From IMG/VR virus record IMGVR_UViG_3300032224_000903, positions 25,744 through 89,743 of that record: DNA of 64,000 bases; one strand, written 5' to 3'. This DNA is from a virus (Duplodnaviria; Caudoviricetes). Made by a program: the position numbers and the translations under genes. The notes under the pieces were generated by a model that had not been told where the DNA came from, made no database searches, and was given only the letters and a program-made list of their open reading frames with translations. This document shows positions 10,173 to 21,541 of this stretch, one piece after another (position 1 is the stretch's first letter; each line of letters begins with the position of its first letter).

Positions 10173-10828
10173 GGAAAAATTTAGGTTCTTATATTGGAAT
10201 TACATTAATGACTATTATGTTATTAACAATCACAGTGTTCACTTTCGCACAAGACGTAGTAGTTTTAAAACATACAAATTACACTTCACATTATTCAAAA
10301 TCAAAGAAATATCCAGTAATGGTTGAGTGGTGGATTACTAAAGCTAAAATAGGTTGTCCCACACCATTAGCAAGAAAAGACAATTTTAAACCTGACCCAA
10401 AATTACCAAATGAAACTGATTTACTTGAAGATTATAAGGGTTCAGGTACTGATAGGGGGCATATGATGCCAGCGGCCGAGAACTTATGTCAAACACCCGA
10501 AGTCCAAGATGAGTGTTTCTATTTCTCCAATATGGCGGCACAATATCACTCATTAAATGCTGGAGATTGGAAATCTGTTGAGATGTTAGAAAGACAAATA
10601 TCAATGGAAAGTGATAGTGTTCATATTTGGTGTGGTAATTTTGGTGAAGCTAAAAGAATAGGTAGAGTTGCGGTTCCAACTAATTGTTGGAAAGTTATAT
10701 ATGTGGTTAAAACCAAAGAATGGTTTTGTTATTTGTTTGATAATAACACATCAAAACCTGACGGTATTAATAACAATAGAGTCGATAAATCAGACATTGA
10801 AAAACTAACACATTTTAAATTTAAATAA
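10169..10828 (+). CDS. DNA/RNA non-specific endonuclease (NucA/Serratia type), exported
   Basis: DRGHMMPAA active-site motif, FYFSNMAAQ..SLN, VAVPT.CWKV; signal peptide ending TFA|Q. Confidence 0.9.
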   Translation: MRKNLGSYIGITLMTIMLLTITVFTFAQDVVVLKHTNYTSHYSKSKKYPVMVEWWITKAKIGCPTPLARKDNFKPDPKLPNETDLLEDYKGSGTDRGHMMPAAENLCQTPEVQDECFYFSNMAAQYHSLNAGDWKSVEMLERQISMESDSVHIWCGNFGEAKRIGRVAVPTNCWKVIYVVKTKEWFCYLFDNNTSKPDGINNNRVDKSDIEKLTHFKFK

Positions 10829-11037
10829 TGTTAAATAAGGAATTAGTAAATTATCAGGATAGACTTTTTTATATCTTTAAAAAATTAAAACAAGACCGTA
10901 TTGTAGAAGGTTCTGTTAATGATTTAAAGGAACATTGGGGTTGTGATGTTGTAGTTAAAAGTAGAATTAATAATGACGATACACTTCTTTTTTTAATAGA
11001 AATTCCCGAGGCTGAGATTGTGAAAGATATAATATAA
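10828..11037 (+). CDS. Hypothetical protein
   Basis: ATG overlaps the upstream stop (TAATG). Confidence 0.6.
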   Translation: MLNKELVNYQDRLFYIFKKLKQDRIVEGSVNDLKEHWGCDVVVKSRINNDDTLLFLIEIPEAEIVKDII

Positions 11038-11430
11038 TTACATATTTTTCTTAATATGTTTTAAACATATATTAGTATATTTTTCTTCATTACGTTTAGC
11101 CTCTTTCTCCAATGGATTTTGAGAATAATAATGAGTTTTTTCGTAATTTCTATATTTTGTACGAGATTGTAAATAATGAGTATATTCATGTATCATAGTT
11201 GCTACAATATCATGTATTGTGGTGTTATTAGGTAGGTATAAGGTTATTGTGTTCCTCCAAAAACAGTAGTTTCCGTAAATTTCAGAATTCCCCATTTTTC
11301 TTTTTCTTTCACTAACTTTAAAGATTAATTTTCTCCTTTTTCTATCGCACAGACCAAAATACTTCTCACACCACTTCAAAGTTTGCTTTGCGTAGTATGT
11401 TTTGGATCCTATGTCGATAGTTCTAGCCAT
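11038..11430 (-). CDS. HExxH zinc-metallopeptidase-like protein
   Basis: TMIHEYTHYLQ followed by PLEKEA. Confidence 0.65.
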   Translation of the reverse strand: MARTIDIGSKTYYAKQTLKWCEKYFGLCDRKRRKLIFKVSERKRKMGNSEIYGNYCFWRNTITLYLPNNTTIHDIVATMIHEYTHYLQSRTKYRNYEKTHYYSQNPLEKEAKRNEEKYTNICLKHIKKNM

Positions 11431-11782
11431 TGTTTTTATCTATTTTAATCGTCCTGGTTGTTCTTTTAGTTGGTTTTGAGGTTACGTCATTAACCGCGTC
11501 AAAGTTCTCAGCAATGTCGTTTAGAATTGCAGCAAACTCATAATTCTCCGATTCTTCGTTCTTCTTCCAAAGAACACTAACGAAACTCCTTAATTCTAAA
11601 TCTGTCAGTTTGGCTCTTACTTTAACTGCATTTTTCATCAGTTTTAAGACCATGTACTGAACACCTAATTTCTTATCTTGATTTAAGGAGAAGTAATTAC
11701 TGATCGTCACATTAGATAAAATCGACGCCGATACATTCTCCAAAAATGAAATGAACGACGGATGGTTAATGTTTACATTCAT
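11423..11782 (-). CDS. Hypothetical protein
   Basis: ORF in a minus-strand operon; overlaps the next start. Confidence 0.65.
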   Translation of the reverse strand: MNVNINHPSFISFLENVSASILSNVTISNYFSLNQDKKLGVQYMVLKLMKNAVKVRAKLTDLELRSFVSVLWKKNEESENYEFAAILNDIAENFDAVNDVTSKPTKRTTRTIKIDKNNG

Positions 11783-11888
11783 AAGTCTTTTCGTTTTTAA
11801 TAAATACTTTTATTTTTGTTCTAAAAATGGAAAAGGGGATAAGTTTTTATTAACTTAACCCCTTGACCTTCAATTTATGAAATATTCA

Positions 11889-12248
11889 CTATTTCCCCCA
11901 TTTACCATTCTTTACTAATTGAGCAATGATGGAATAAACTGATAAGTCTTGATAAGTGTCATCCACCGCCTCCCCTACGTTGTCCTGAGCCCCTAAAACA
12001 ACGAGTTGCTTAATTCTTTGGATCTTATCGTTCATACGGAACCAAAGTCCCATTTGGGATAGTTTACGGTCTTCCTCCTTACTTAAATCCTTACCTAAGG
12101 CGATGTTATCAGGACCATAATTGGACTGTTTCTTACAGAAAGTCTCATATTGGTCTCTCATTATTTTTTTGAATTCTTTGGTCATTTCGGGATACTTTTC
12201 CTCGATTTCTTTGATGACCGGATTTACTTGTGGTTTCTCTTCAGACAT
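11889..12248 (-). CDS. DUF1599 / nucleotide-modification-associated domain protein
   Basis: KKQSNYG..NI, RMNDKIQR, DTYQDLSVYSII. Confidence 0.75.
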   Translation of the reverse strand: MSEEKPQVNPVIKEIEEKYPEMTKEFKKIMRDQYETFCKKQSNYGPDNIALGKDLSKEEDRKLSQMGLWFRMNDKIQRIKQLVVLGAQDNVGEAVDDTYQDLSVYSIIAQLVKNGKWGK

Positions 12249-12320
12249 AAAATATCATTTATATTATATAATAACGATTTTCTTTTGTAATACAAAATAT
12301 TTATATAAAAACATATACAC

Positions 12321-12566
12321 ATGGCTTCTAAGAAATACCAAGAAATGCAGGCTTCAGGAGAAAAACCACATTCAGACCAACCTAAACACAAACAACTTAT
12401 TAAAATGTTGACTTTCAGGGTTGTACCGGCTTATTACAAGGAAATCGAGAAGGTTGCAAATCATAAAGACATCACAGTTTCTAAATTAATTAGAACATAC
12501 ATTAAAGAAGGTATGAAAAGAGATGGTGAATTAACAGATAGAGAAGAAAAAAGCTTCGGTTTATAG
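12321..12566 (+). CDS. Ribbon-helix-helix-like DNA-binding protein
   Basis: KMLTFRV (beta strand), EIEKVA, ITVSKLIRTYI. Confidence 0.6.
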   Translation: MASKKYQEMQASGEKPHSDQPKHKQLIKMLTFRVVPAYYKEIEKVANHKDITVSKLIRTYIKEGMKRDGELTDREEKSFGL

Positions 12567-12574
12567 TATTATTT

Positions 12575-12904
12575 ATGGAAAAACAAATTATTACCGAAAA
12601 TCAGGTAAAAGATATATTAGAAAAAGTTTTAATGGAACAAACCTCCAAGGTTTCACGTAATGAGTTCAGTAGAGTTCAGTTCAAGATTGAAGAATTACAA
12701 AATTCTCTTAATGAAACAGTTAAAGAATTAAGAAAATTGGAAGATTCTATTCCAAGTGGTTTACAAACCCTTACAAAATCAAGAGTTTCCATGATTTCTT
12801 CCAATTTGACCAATTCACAAAAATTGTTGGCAATTGTCAAAGACAAAATTAGAAATTATAAGAGAAGTTTATATTCTCAACCTATAGAAGAAAAGAAAAA
12901 ATGA
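12575..12904 (+). CDS. Hypothetical coiled-coil phage protein
   Basis: N-terminal QIITENQVKDILEKVLME motif. Confidence 0.7.
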   Translation: MEKQIITENQVKDILEKVLMEQTSKVSRNEFSRVQFKIEELQNSLNETVKELRKLEDSIPSGLQTLTKSRVSMISSNLTNSQKLLAIVKDKIRNYKRSLYSQPIEEKKK

Positions 12905-13236
12905 TAAAATTTAGTGATTTATTGGTAGAATCGGAAAAAATAGGTTTTGACGAGTTTTCGGCGAAGAGATTAAAGGGTGCAACCAAAATTAGTGAAGATG
13001 CTAAGAAAAAGGGTGGTCCTGCTATGTTAACATACCACCATTTTAAGGTAAAATTACCATATTATAAGAAAGCTTCTGAAGGTAAGTTCAAATTAGACGA
13101 GGCAAAAACAGAATTTAAAGAAAATCTTGATAAATTGTGTAAATTGACAGAAACTGTTGATATCCAACAAGTTGAGTTTCAAAAATTAGTGGGTTTAATT
13201 GAAGTTTTGGGTGAATTGATAATAAAACACTCTTAA
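12901..13236 (+). CDS. Hypothetical phage protein
   Basis: ATGA overlap with upstream gene; N-terminus MIKFSDLLVE. Confidence 0.7.
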   Translation: MIKFSDLLVESEKIGFDEFSAKRLKGATKISEDAKKKGGPAMLTYHHFKVKLPYYKKASEGKFKLDEAKTEFKENLDKLCKLTETVDIQQVEFQKLVGLIEVLGELIIKHS

Positions 13237-13604
13237 AGTAAACCATCTTTCTTCTTCATTACTCGTTTTCCCTTTTTTGTGAGAAAAAACATCTCCTCAG
13301 TTGTATCATCTTCATATGAGTCAACTAATCCTTTCTCTTTTAATTCATATAATACACTACCAGCCACAATTTCACGTAAAACCACCTCAAATTCATCATC
13401 ATTGAACACTCCAAGGAATTCATCGTCTTCATTTTCTAATTCACCTAATATAAACTTCTCAGTTAGTTTATCTAAAAGGTATTTCTCGGCAAATACGGTA
13501 GATTGGATCTCGTAATCAGCAAAAAACTCACTTTCTGTTAAATCGGTTATAATCTCGTTAGTCATTTCAACTACGATAGGTTGGTATATTTTATTCATTA
13601 TCAT
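13233..13604 (-). CDS. Acidic hypothetical protein with possible winged-helix C-terminus
   Basis: Start reassigned to MIMNKIY; C-terminal LYELKEKGLV...FFLTKKGK. Confidence 0.6.
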   Translation of the reverse strand: MIMNKIYQPIVVEMTNEIITDLTESEFFADYEIQSTVFAEKYLLDKLTEKFILGELENEDDEFLGVFNDDEFEVVLREIVAGSVLYELKEKGLVDSYEDDTTEEMFFLTKKGKRVMKKKDGLL

Positions 13605-13711
13605 TAAAATTGATCTATTACAAATAATAACCAAAAACAAATAAAAAAAGAAATTTGGATGACTTTTGTTTTCCACATTTATTTGTTATATTATATAAAA
13701 ATTAATTATAC

Positions 13712-14965
13712 ATGAAGAAAGGAAAAATTTTCGTACAGATTGCATCTTACAGAGATCCTGAGTTAATCCCTACAATTGAGGATATGATTAACAAAGCAAA
13801 AAACCCACAAAATTTAACATTCGGTATCTGTTGGCAATATGATAGTAGTGAACCTATTACGATGTTTGACGATATTGAACAATTTAGAATTAGTAAACAT
13901 CATTATGGTGAAAGTGAAGGGTTAGGTTGGGCAAGACACATCACCAATACATTATATGATGATGAAGAGTACACATTACAAATTGACTCACATCACAGAT
14001 TTGTACAAGATTGGGATGTTATCGTTTTAGAAGATTTTAAACAAGCAAAGAAATTATCTAAGAAACCCATAATTTCAACATATTGTACACCATTTAATCC
14101 AAAAGACAATGAAGATAAATGGATCCCAACTCCATGTTTAATGTCACAATATGAATTTAGCGGTGACAGATTATTGATGAGTATGCCTTGGTATATCCAA
14201 GATCATAAAACAAGAACTGAGGTTATTAAAGCAAGAACTATAAGTGGTCATTTCTATTTTACTTATGGTAAATTTATTAAAGAAGTGCCATATGATCCAG
14301 ATATCTATTTCGGTGGTTACACTGAAGAGACAACATTAAGTGTTCGTGCATTTACAAATGGTTATGATTTTTATAGTCCATATCGTATGGTTATGTGGCA
14401 TGAATATACGAGAAACTATCGTGTTAAACATTGGGACGATCACGGAACAAATAGTGAGACAAAGAAAACAAGCGGTCAACGTGATGTTTATGCTCGTAAT
14501 AAAACCCGTCAATTATTTGGTACTGAGGAATACGGTATTGACATGGGCGTTTATGGTTTAGGTACTGATAGAACTTTACATGACTATGAAGTGTACGGCG
14601 GGTTTGATTTTAAAAAATGTATTATTCAAGATTATACATTAAAAGTTAAAGAACCACCAAATCCGTCAGATTGGGAAAATCAATTTATTAAAAACAAATA
14701 TGATTTAACTTTGGATTGGGATTTAGATTTCTTTAAGAAATTTGAATTTACTAAACCTAAATTTATGACTTTTGCTATTCATACAAGTGCGGGTATTGAA
14801 TTATATAGAAAAGATTTTACAGTTGAGGAAAACCCTCAATATGTAAATTTAGAAAATAATAAAACTACGGTTAATTTAGAGTGTATTGAGAAACCCGGTA
14901 AGATTGTAATGTATTTATTTGATGAAGATAAACAATGGAGTGATCGATACGAAAAAACAATTTAA
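13712..14965 (+). CDS. GlcNAc-transferase of the Gnt1/GT60 (Skp1-hydroxyproline GlcNAc-T) type
   Basis: IFVQIASYRDPEL, LQIDSHHRF..DWD, ISGHFYF, VPYDP..YFGG..EE..LSVRAFTNGYD. Confidence 0.8.
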   Translation: MKKGKIFVQIASYRDPELIPTIEDMINKAKNPQNLTFGICWQYDSSEPITMFDDIEQFRISKHHYGESEGLGWARHITNTLYDDEEYTLQIDSHHRFVQDWDVIVLEDFKQAKKLSKKPIISTYCTPFNPKDNEDKWIPTPCLMSQYEFSGDRLLMSMPWYIQDHKTRTEVIKARTISGHFYFTYGKFIKEVPYDPDIYFGGYTEETTLSVRAFTNGYDFYSPYRMVMWHEYTRNYRVKHWDDHGTNSETKKTSGQRDVYARNKTRQLFGTEEYGIDMGVYGLGTDRTLHDYEVYGGFDFKKCIIQDYTLKVKEPPNPSDWENQFIKNKYDLTLDWDLDFFKKFEFTKPKFMTFAIHTSAGIELYRKDFTVEENPQYVNLENNKTTVNLECIEKPGKIVMYLFDEDKQWSDRYEKTI

Positions 14966-16143
14966 TGAGGATTGCATTTATAGTGATTGGTAATAGTAGA
15001 AGAAGTAACTATCTTAATAGTTACAATTTAAGATATGGTAATGGAGGAGGTTCAGGAACCGACACTAGTTCTGTGTTGGTTGCTGAATATTTGGCTAAAC
15101 AGGGACACGAGGTTGTTTTTGTTGCGGATAAATTAGATGAACCATTAGTTAATTTATATAAATCAAAAGGTATAGATTATGTTCCAGGACAAGAATACTA
15201 CGGTGTAAAATATACAAACATTGAATTTGAAGGAATTGAAAATAAAACATTTGATGTTTTAGTTGGTATGTTATGGTTTCAAGATTATGATAAATTACCA
15301 ATCACAGTTACCAAAACATTAATTTATTGGTCACATATGCAGTGGATATATGGAACTAAAGAATTTGTTACATATGCGGAAAAAAATAATTTATCTGTTG
15401 GGTTAGTTCATATTTCTAAATGGGAAGAAGAAATGAATAAAGATGTTTTTCCTTACATTCAAAGCATTTATCAAAATTCCAAAAAAACAATAATACCAAA
15501 TCCAATTTTTGATGAAATGATTAATGAAGTTTTAAATCAAAATATTCAAAAAAAGAAAAATAAATTTATATTTCACGCTCTTTGGACAAGAGGAGGTAAT
15601 GTTGCGGTAGAGACTGTTAGAAATTTAAATTTAGAAGATAAAGAATTTCATGCGTTTGATTATTTAATGGTAATTCATGGACATGAAGATAATTTTTTTC
15701 GTAATCATCAAGGGGTTGATAAAAAAACATTATTTACTCATTTATCTGAAAGTGAATATTTTATTTATCCATTATATACACCATACAAAGATGTTCATAA
15801 AGATACATTTGCATGTACAGTTGCGGAAGCTTTAGCTTTAGGTGTAATTGTTGTAACATATCCATTAGGTGCTTTACCTGAAAATTATAAAGATTATTGT
15901 GTATGGTTAGATGCACCACCAAATACAAATTTAGATTTAATGCAAACGGAAAAGTTATCTAAAGATGAAGAAGGTTTTTTTAATTATACGGAAAATATTG
16001 TAAATAAAATAAATTACTTAGAAAATAATCCAGAAATAAAAGAACACTATAGAAACGCAGGTAAACAGTATATTTTAGATAATTTTAATATTGATAAAAT
16101 AGGTAAAATGTGGGAAAATTATATTAACGAATTAACAAATTAA
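14965..16143 (+). CDS. GT-B glycosyltransferase (GT4-like)
   Basis: GGSGTD N-terminal motif; DTFACTVAEALALG (E-x7-E-like motif). Confidence 0.75.
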   Translation: MRIAFIVIGNSRRSNYLNSYNLRYGNGGGSGTDTSSVLVAEYLAKQGHEVVFVADKLDEPLVNLYKSKGIDYVPGQEYYGVKYTNIEFEGIENKTFDVLVGMLWFQDYDKLPITVTKTLIYWSHMQWIYGTKEFVTYAEKNNLSVGLVHISKWEEEMNKDVFPYIQSIYQNSKKTIIPNPIFDEMINEVLNQNIQKKKNKFIFHALWTRGGNVAVETVRNLNLEDKEFHAFDYLMVIHGHEDNFFRNHQGVDKKTLFTHLSESEYFIYPLYTPYKDVHKDTFACTVAEALALGVIVVTYPLGALPENYKDYCVWLDAPPNTNLDLMQTEKLSKDEEGFFNYTENIVNKINYLENNPEIKEHYRNAGKQYILDNFNIDKIGKMWENYINELTN

Positions 16144-17256
16144 ACATATGAGAATAGCGATAATTATAATCGGCAATACGAGAAGAAATAATTACTTAAA
16201 TGGTCACAATTTAAGATATGGAGGAGGAGGAGCATCTGGTACAGATACAAGTTCTATATTAGTGGCAGAATATCTATCAAACCAAGGACATGATGTTGTT
16301 GTTTGTACGGATAGATTAGATCAACCCCTTGAGGATGAATTAATAAAAGAAGGGAAAATATATACCCCTGGGTTAAAAAGTTATGGAGTAACATATACAA
16401 ATCAAGATTTTGATGGGGTAGAAAATAAAGAATTTGATATATTGGTCAATATGTTATGGTTTCAAGATTATGATAAATTACCGATTACGGTCACCAAAAG
16501 TGTCATATATTGGTGCCATATGCAATGGATGTTTGGGTTAGATGAAATTTTAAAATTCGCATTAAAAAATAATTTATCAATTGGAATTGTTAACGTATCT
16601 GATTGGCAAAGAGGTTGGTCTCAAGGTGTTATAGATACAATTAAAAATAGACACAGTAGGACAAAACAAATATTAATACCTAACCCAATATTTGATGAAA
16701 TTATAAACGAAGTTAAAGAAGAAAATTTAACTAAAAAGGATGGTAAGTTTATTTTTCACGCAACATGGCCAACAGGAGGTAATGTGGCATTAGATGTTGT
16801 ACGACAATTAGACATAGAGAATAAAGAATTTCACGCATTAGATTATTTTATTAGTGTTGATAACCACGTAGATGAATTTTTTCATAATCATAAATCTTGT
16901 GATAGGAAAACATTATTTAGACACTTAGCCGAAAGTGATTACTTTATCTATCCATTATATACAATACATAAAACAATTAGAAAAGATACATTTGCATGTA
17001 CAGTTGCGGAAGCTTTAGCTTTAGGTGTAATTGTTGTAACATATCCATTAGGTGCTTTACCTGAAAATTATAAAGATTATTGTGTATGGTTAGATGCTCC
17101 TGAAGGTGTTGATATGAATAAAATACAAGAAGAAAATTTAGCGAGAGATGAGGATGGTTTATTTACTCAAACAAAACATATTGTTGATAAAATAAATTAC
17201 TTAGAAAATAATCCAGAAATAAAAGAACACTATAGAAACGCAGGTAAACAGTATAT
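15799..17256 (+). repeat. Identical direct-repeat tracts shared by the tandem GT genes
   Basis: 116 bp at 15799-15914 = 16982-17097; 70 bp at 16004-16073 = 17187-17256. Confidence 0.9.
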
Positions 17257-17329
17257 AATGGATACCTTTAATTTAGATAAGATAGGTAAAATTTGGGATG
17301 GATTTATTTATGAATTAATTAAATTATAA
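16148..17329 (+). CDS. GT-B glycosyltransferase (GT4-like), tandem paralog
   Basis: Same motifs as 14965-16143. Confidence 0.75.
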   Translation: MRIAIIIIGNTRRNNYLNGHNLRYGGGGASGTDTSSILVAEYLSNQGHDVVVCTDRLDQPLEDELIKEGKIYTPGLKSYGVTYTNQDFDGVENKEFDILVNMLWFQDYDKLPITVTKSVIYWCHMQWMFGLDEILKFALKNNLSIGIVNVSDWQRGWSQGVIDTIKNRHSRTKQILIPNPIFDEIINEVKEENLTKKDGKFIFHATWPTGGNVALDVVRQLDIENKEFHALDYFISVDNHVDEFFHNHKSCDRKTLFRHLAESDYFIYPLYTIHKTIRKDTFACTVAEALALGVIVVTYPLGALPENYKDYCVWLDAPEGVDMNKIQEENLARDEDGLFTQTKHIVDKINYLENNPEIKEHYRNAGKQYIMDTFNLDKIGKIWDGFIYELIKL

Positions 17330-17333
17330 TATT

Positions 17334-18080
17334 ATGGAAGAACAAAAGTATGAATTATTACCTTCGGTAATTGAGGTTAAAAATTATCATAATGACGAAT
17401 CTGGATTTTTTAATGTTTTTATGCATTGTTGTATTGCGTGGGAATTAAGAAATAATAGAATATGGGAACCTCATTTACATGAAGTTTTTGAAAAGTATAT
17501 CACTAAAGATAGTGTAGTATTGGAAGCGGGATGTCACATAGGTAGCCATAGTATTAAGTTATCTAAATTATCAAAAAAATTATACTGTTTTGAACCATTA
17601 AAGCAATCAAATGAAGTTTTAATGTTAAATTTAAATAATAATAATTGTAATAATACTATTTTATCTAATAAAGGATTATCTGATGAAATTGGTACATCTT
17701 ATTTTGATTGGATTCCAATCGGTAATTTAGGTGGATCAGGTTTAGTAAATAACCCAATGGGAAATCCAGGTCATCCATCTTGGCTTAGTAAGGAAGATGA
17801 AAAATACAATATTGATTTAACAACAATAGATTCTTTAAATTTAGACCAATTAGATTTTATGAAATTAGACGTAGAGGGTTACGAACCTAAAGTTTTATTG
17901 GGTGGTATTAATACAATAAAAAAATATAGACCAATAATTACTTTAGAATCATGGTCCAATCATTTCGGGGGATTAGATTTTGAATATACAAAAAACCAAT
18001 TTAAAATGTTATTAGATTTAAATTACACAATAACACAAATAAACCCTAATGGACCAGATTGGTTATTTTTACCACAATAA
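17334..18080 (+). CDS. FkbM-family SAM-dependent methyltransferase
   Basis: VLEAGCHIGSHS, YCFEP, LDFMKLDVEGYE. Confidence 0.88.
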   Translation: MEEQKYELLPSVIEVKNYHNDESGFFNVFMHCCIAWELRNNRIWEPHLHEVFEKYITKDSVVLEAGCHIGSHSIKLSKLSKKLYCFEPLKQSNEVLMLNLNNNNCNNTILSNKGLSDEIGTSYFDWIPIGNLGGSGLVNNPMGNPGHPSWLSKEDEKYNIDLTTIDSLNLDQLDFMKLDVEGYEPKVLLGGINTIKKYRPIITLESWSNHFGGLDFEYTKNQFKMLLDLNYTITQINPNGPDWLFLPQ

Positions 18081-18083
18081 TTT

Positions 18084-18743
18084 ATGAAGATACAAGATTT
18101 TTTTCAAAAGGGTTATTATATTAATTTAGATAGACGACCTGATAGAAATGAAGTTTTTAAGAGTGAAATGGGTAGGGTTGGATTAGGTGATTTTTTTGAA
18201 AGGGTTTCAGCTGAAGACGGGATTTTGGAACCTGACCATTTAAAAAAACATCATTATTGCGCTTATACCCATTATAAATTGTTTCAAAAAATTTATGATG
18301 AAGGTCATGAATATGTTTTAGTGTTTGAGGATGATGCCTTTTTTTATGACGGATGGGATAAATTTGGAATTGAATTGGTTGAAAATGCTTTAGATGAAAT
18401 ACAAAATTTTCCTGATTGGGATATGATTTATTTAGGGGGATGCCCAATAAGTAAAATTAAAAAAGTATCTAATACATTATGTTCCGCTAATTTAATATTA
18501 AACGCTCACGCAATTGGATTTAAAAGATCAACAATTAAATTTGTATTGGATCATTACACCCCATTCCAAGATTCTTTTATTGATAGTTGGTATGGGGCGT
18601 ATAAAGATATTAAAAAATATATAATTAACCCAATTGCAGTCCCTCAAGGACCAATGTCAAGTGATTTAGATACATTTGGACATAGTGCAACAATGAACAC
18701 ATATTTTAATTGTTATAAAACTGCTTTTGATAAAATAGACTAA
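18084..18743 (+). CDS. GT25 (LPS-biosynthesis-type) glycosyltransferase
   Basis: YYINLDRRPDR, VLVFEDDA, DWDMIYLG. Confidence 0.8.
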   Translation: MKIQDFFQKGYYINLDRRPDRNEVFKSEMGRVGLGDFFERVSAEDGILEPDHLKKHHYCAYTHYKLFQKIYDEGHEYVLVFEDDAFFYDGWDKFGIELVENALDEIQNFPDWDMIYLGGCPISKIKKVSNTLCSANLILNAHAIGFKRSTIKFVLDHYTPFQDSFIDSWYGAYKDIKKYIINPIAVPQGPMSSDLDTFGHSATMNTYFNCYKTAFDKID

Positions 18744-18745
18744 TA

Positions 18746-19576
18746 ATGAGAAAAATTTCAACACCATTTACTAATGATTATATAACCTGTCAATTAAGAG
18801 GTAGAACTGGTAACATGATGTTTGAACTTGCTCATGGTTATGTAAAGGCATTAAAATATAATAGACAATTTATTGCACCAAATGAAAATGGAGCTAACAT
18901 TTTTAAAAATAATTTATTTAGAAAATTTGATTTTTTTAACATAAATCTTAATAATGATATAGTTCATGGACCATTTGAATATACAATATTAGAACCTAAT
19001 AATGGAAGACCAACCGTTTTCGAGGGATATTATCAATCTGAAAAATATTACAATGGATATGATGAAGTAATTAAAGATTTATATTCCCCAACATTTGAAT
19101 TCATAGATAGGGCAATCAAAGATTATCCATTTTTATTAAATTCCACCGTTGCAGCAATAAATGTAAGAAGAGGCGATTATTTAACACAACCAAGACACCA
19201 TCCGGTTATAACAAATGATTACATAAATGAATCTTATAAACATTTACCACCACACGATGTTTTATTAGTTGTTTCGGATGACGTTGAGTGGTGTAAAGAA
19301 AATATAAAATTACCTAATGTAATTTTTAATGATAACGGTAAATATTTTAATCACGAGGCATTATGGTTATTATCCCTTTGTGATCATTTTATTATTTCAA
19401 ATTCCACATTTAGTTGGTGGGGGGCTTGGTTATCTAGAACAGAAAATAAAGTTATAATATCTCCAGATATTTGGTTTGGTCCAGATATCCCAATTAACCC
19501 TAAAGATATATGGTGTGAGAGTTGGATTAAAATAGCCACTAAATGGGTTGACGGTTTTATTGAATTAAAAAATTAA
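18746..19576 (+). CDS. GT11 alpha-1,2-fucosyltransferase-like protein
   Basis: GRTGNMMF, EGYYQSEKY, INVRRGDY, VSDDVEWC, IISNSTFSWWGAWL. Confidence 0.88.
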   Translation: MRKISTPFTNDYITCQLRGRTGNMMFELAHGYVKALKYNRQFIAPNENGANIFKNNLFRKFDFFNINLNNDIVHGPFEYTILEPNNGRPTVFEGYYQSEKYYNGYDEVIKDLYSPTFEFIDRAIKDYPFLLNSTVAAINVRRGDYLTQPRHHPVITNDYINESYKHLPPHDVLLVVSDDVEWCKENIKLPNVIFNDNGKYFNHEALWLLSLCDHFIISNSTFSWWGAWLSRTENKVIISPDIWFGPDIPINPKDIWCESWIKIATKWVDGFIELKN

Positions 19577-19577
19577 T

Positions 19578-20659
<1,082 letters not shown>

Positions 20660-20663
<4 letters not shown>

Positions 20664-20803
20664 TTGGAGGTTTTCTTTTTTTCTTCAGGTTTCTTCAAAC
20701 CTATTTTTAATTCTTCTCTTTTTTCACGAGCAATTTTTTCAAGTTGTTTATGTTGCTCTGAAATTTTCTTTCTCTCCTCATCGGACATTGCTAAAATTGC
20801 CAT
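20660..20803 (-). CDS. Small charged protein (47 aa)
   Basis: Read manually as MAILAMSDEERKKISEQHKQLEKIAREKREELKIGLKKPEEKKTSN; follows 20806-21126 in the same orientation. Confidence 0.55.
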
Positions 20804-20805
20804 AA

Positions 20806-21126
20806 CTATATTGTTTTATTTTCCATTATTTCTATTGAGTCGTCTCTCTTATGTTTTAACATCTCACATTTTTCGTATTCCTCTCTATCTTCAAAAATAA
20901 TAATCAAGGCATCCAATATCTCAATGTAAAGTTGTAAATCATTATCATAAGATAAGATAGTACAGGTATTATTATACTCATTTAATATCTCATTGTCAAC
21001 GGCAACCATAAAATTGGATATCATCTCCAATTCATCCTCATCATAATTGTCATTATGTAAGACCCTTGTTGATTGTAAAAGAAAGTTGGATGACATACTC
21101 ATACTATTATCATAAATATCACTCAT
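20806..21126 (-). CDS. Hypothetical protein with UVR-like C-terminal motif
   Basis: EDREEYEKCEMLK. Confidence 0.6.
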   Translation of the reverse strand: MSDIYDNSMSMSSNFLLQSTRVLHNDNYDEDELEMISNFMVAVDNEILNEYNNTCTILSYDNDLQLYIEILDALIIIFEDREEYEKCEMLKHKRDDSIEIMENKTI

Positions 21127-21446
21127 ATAATGTCTTTTAATTTTTTATCTAGTATCTTAAAGCACTCCAAGAATCCCTCCACCTCAGTTTCATCTCTCGT
21201 AGATAAAGAATCTTGCGTTGGACCAAATATCACCCCATTTTTAAGTGATACTGAAAATACCCATTGGTTTGGGTTATACATTTCAATTGTTAGGTACACA
21301 CCTTCCTTATCAAAAAACTGATAAAGTTTTTTTGAGTCATACAACCCTAAAGTTGATAGACTTATAACCCCAACATTTGGAAACATAACACTCTTAAACC
21401 GTTCAAAAGCAACGGGATACAAATATTCAATAACATACCAATCCAT
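21123..21446 (-). CDS. Hypothetical protein
   Basis: ATG ORF overlapping the next gene. Confidence 0.65.
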   Translation of the reverse strand: MDWYVIEYLYPVAFERFKSVMFPNVGVISLSTLGLYDSKKLYQFFDKEGVYLTIEMYNPNQWVFSVSLKNGVIFGPTQDSLSTRDETEVEGFLECFKILDKKLKDII

Positions 21447-21541
21447 ATTACTAATAATAAGAAAAATATCTCTATTTTGTATCTATAAAGGGTATATTTT
21501 TTGATTTTGATTGAAATCAATATAATTATGATTGTTTAGCC

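Noticed and set aside
15799-17256. Diversity-generating retroelement template/variable repeat pair
   Set aside because: The tracts are fully identical with no adenine-specific mismatches, and no reverse transcriptase is in the window.
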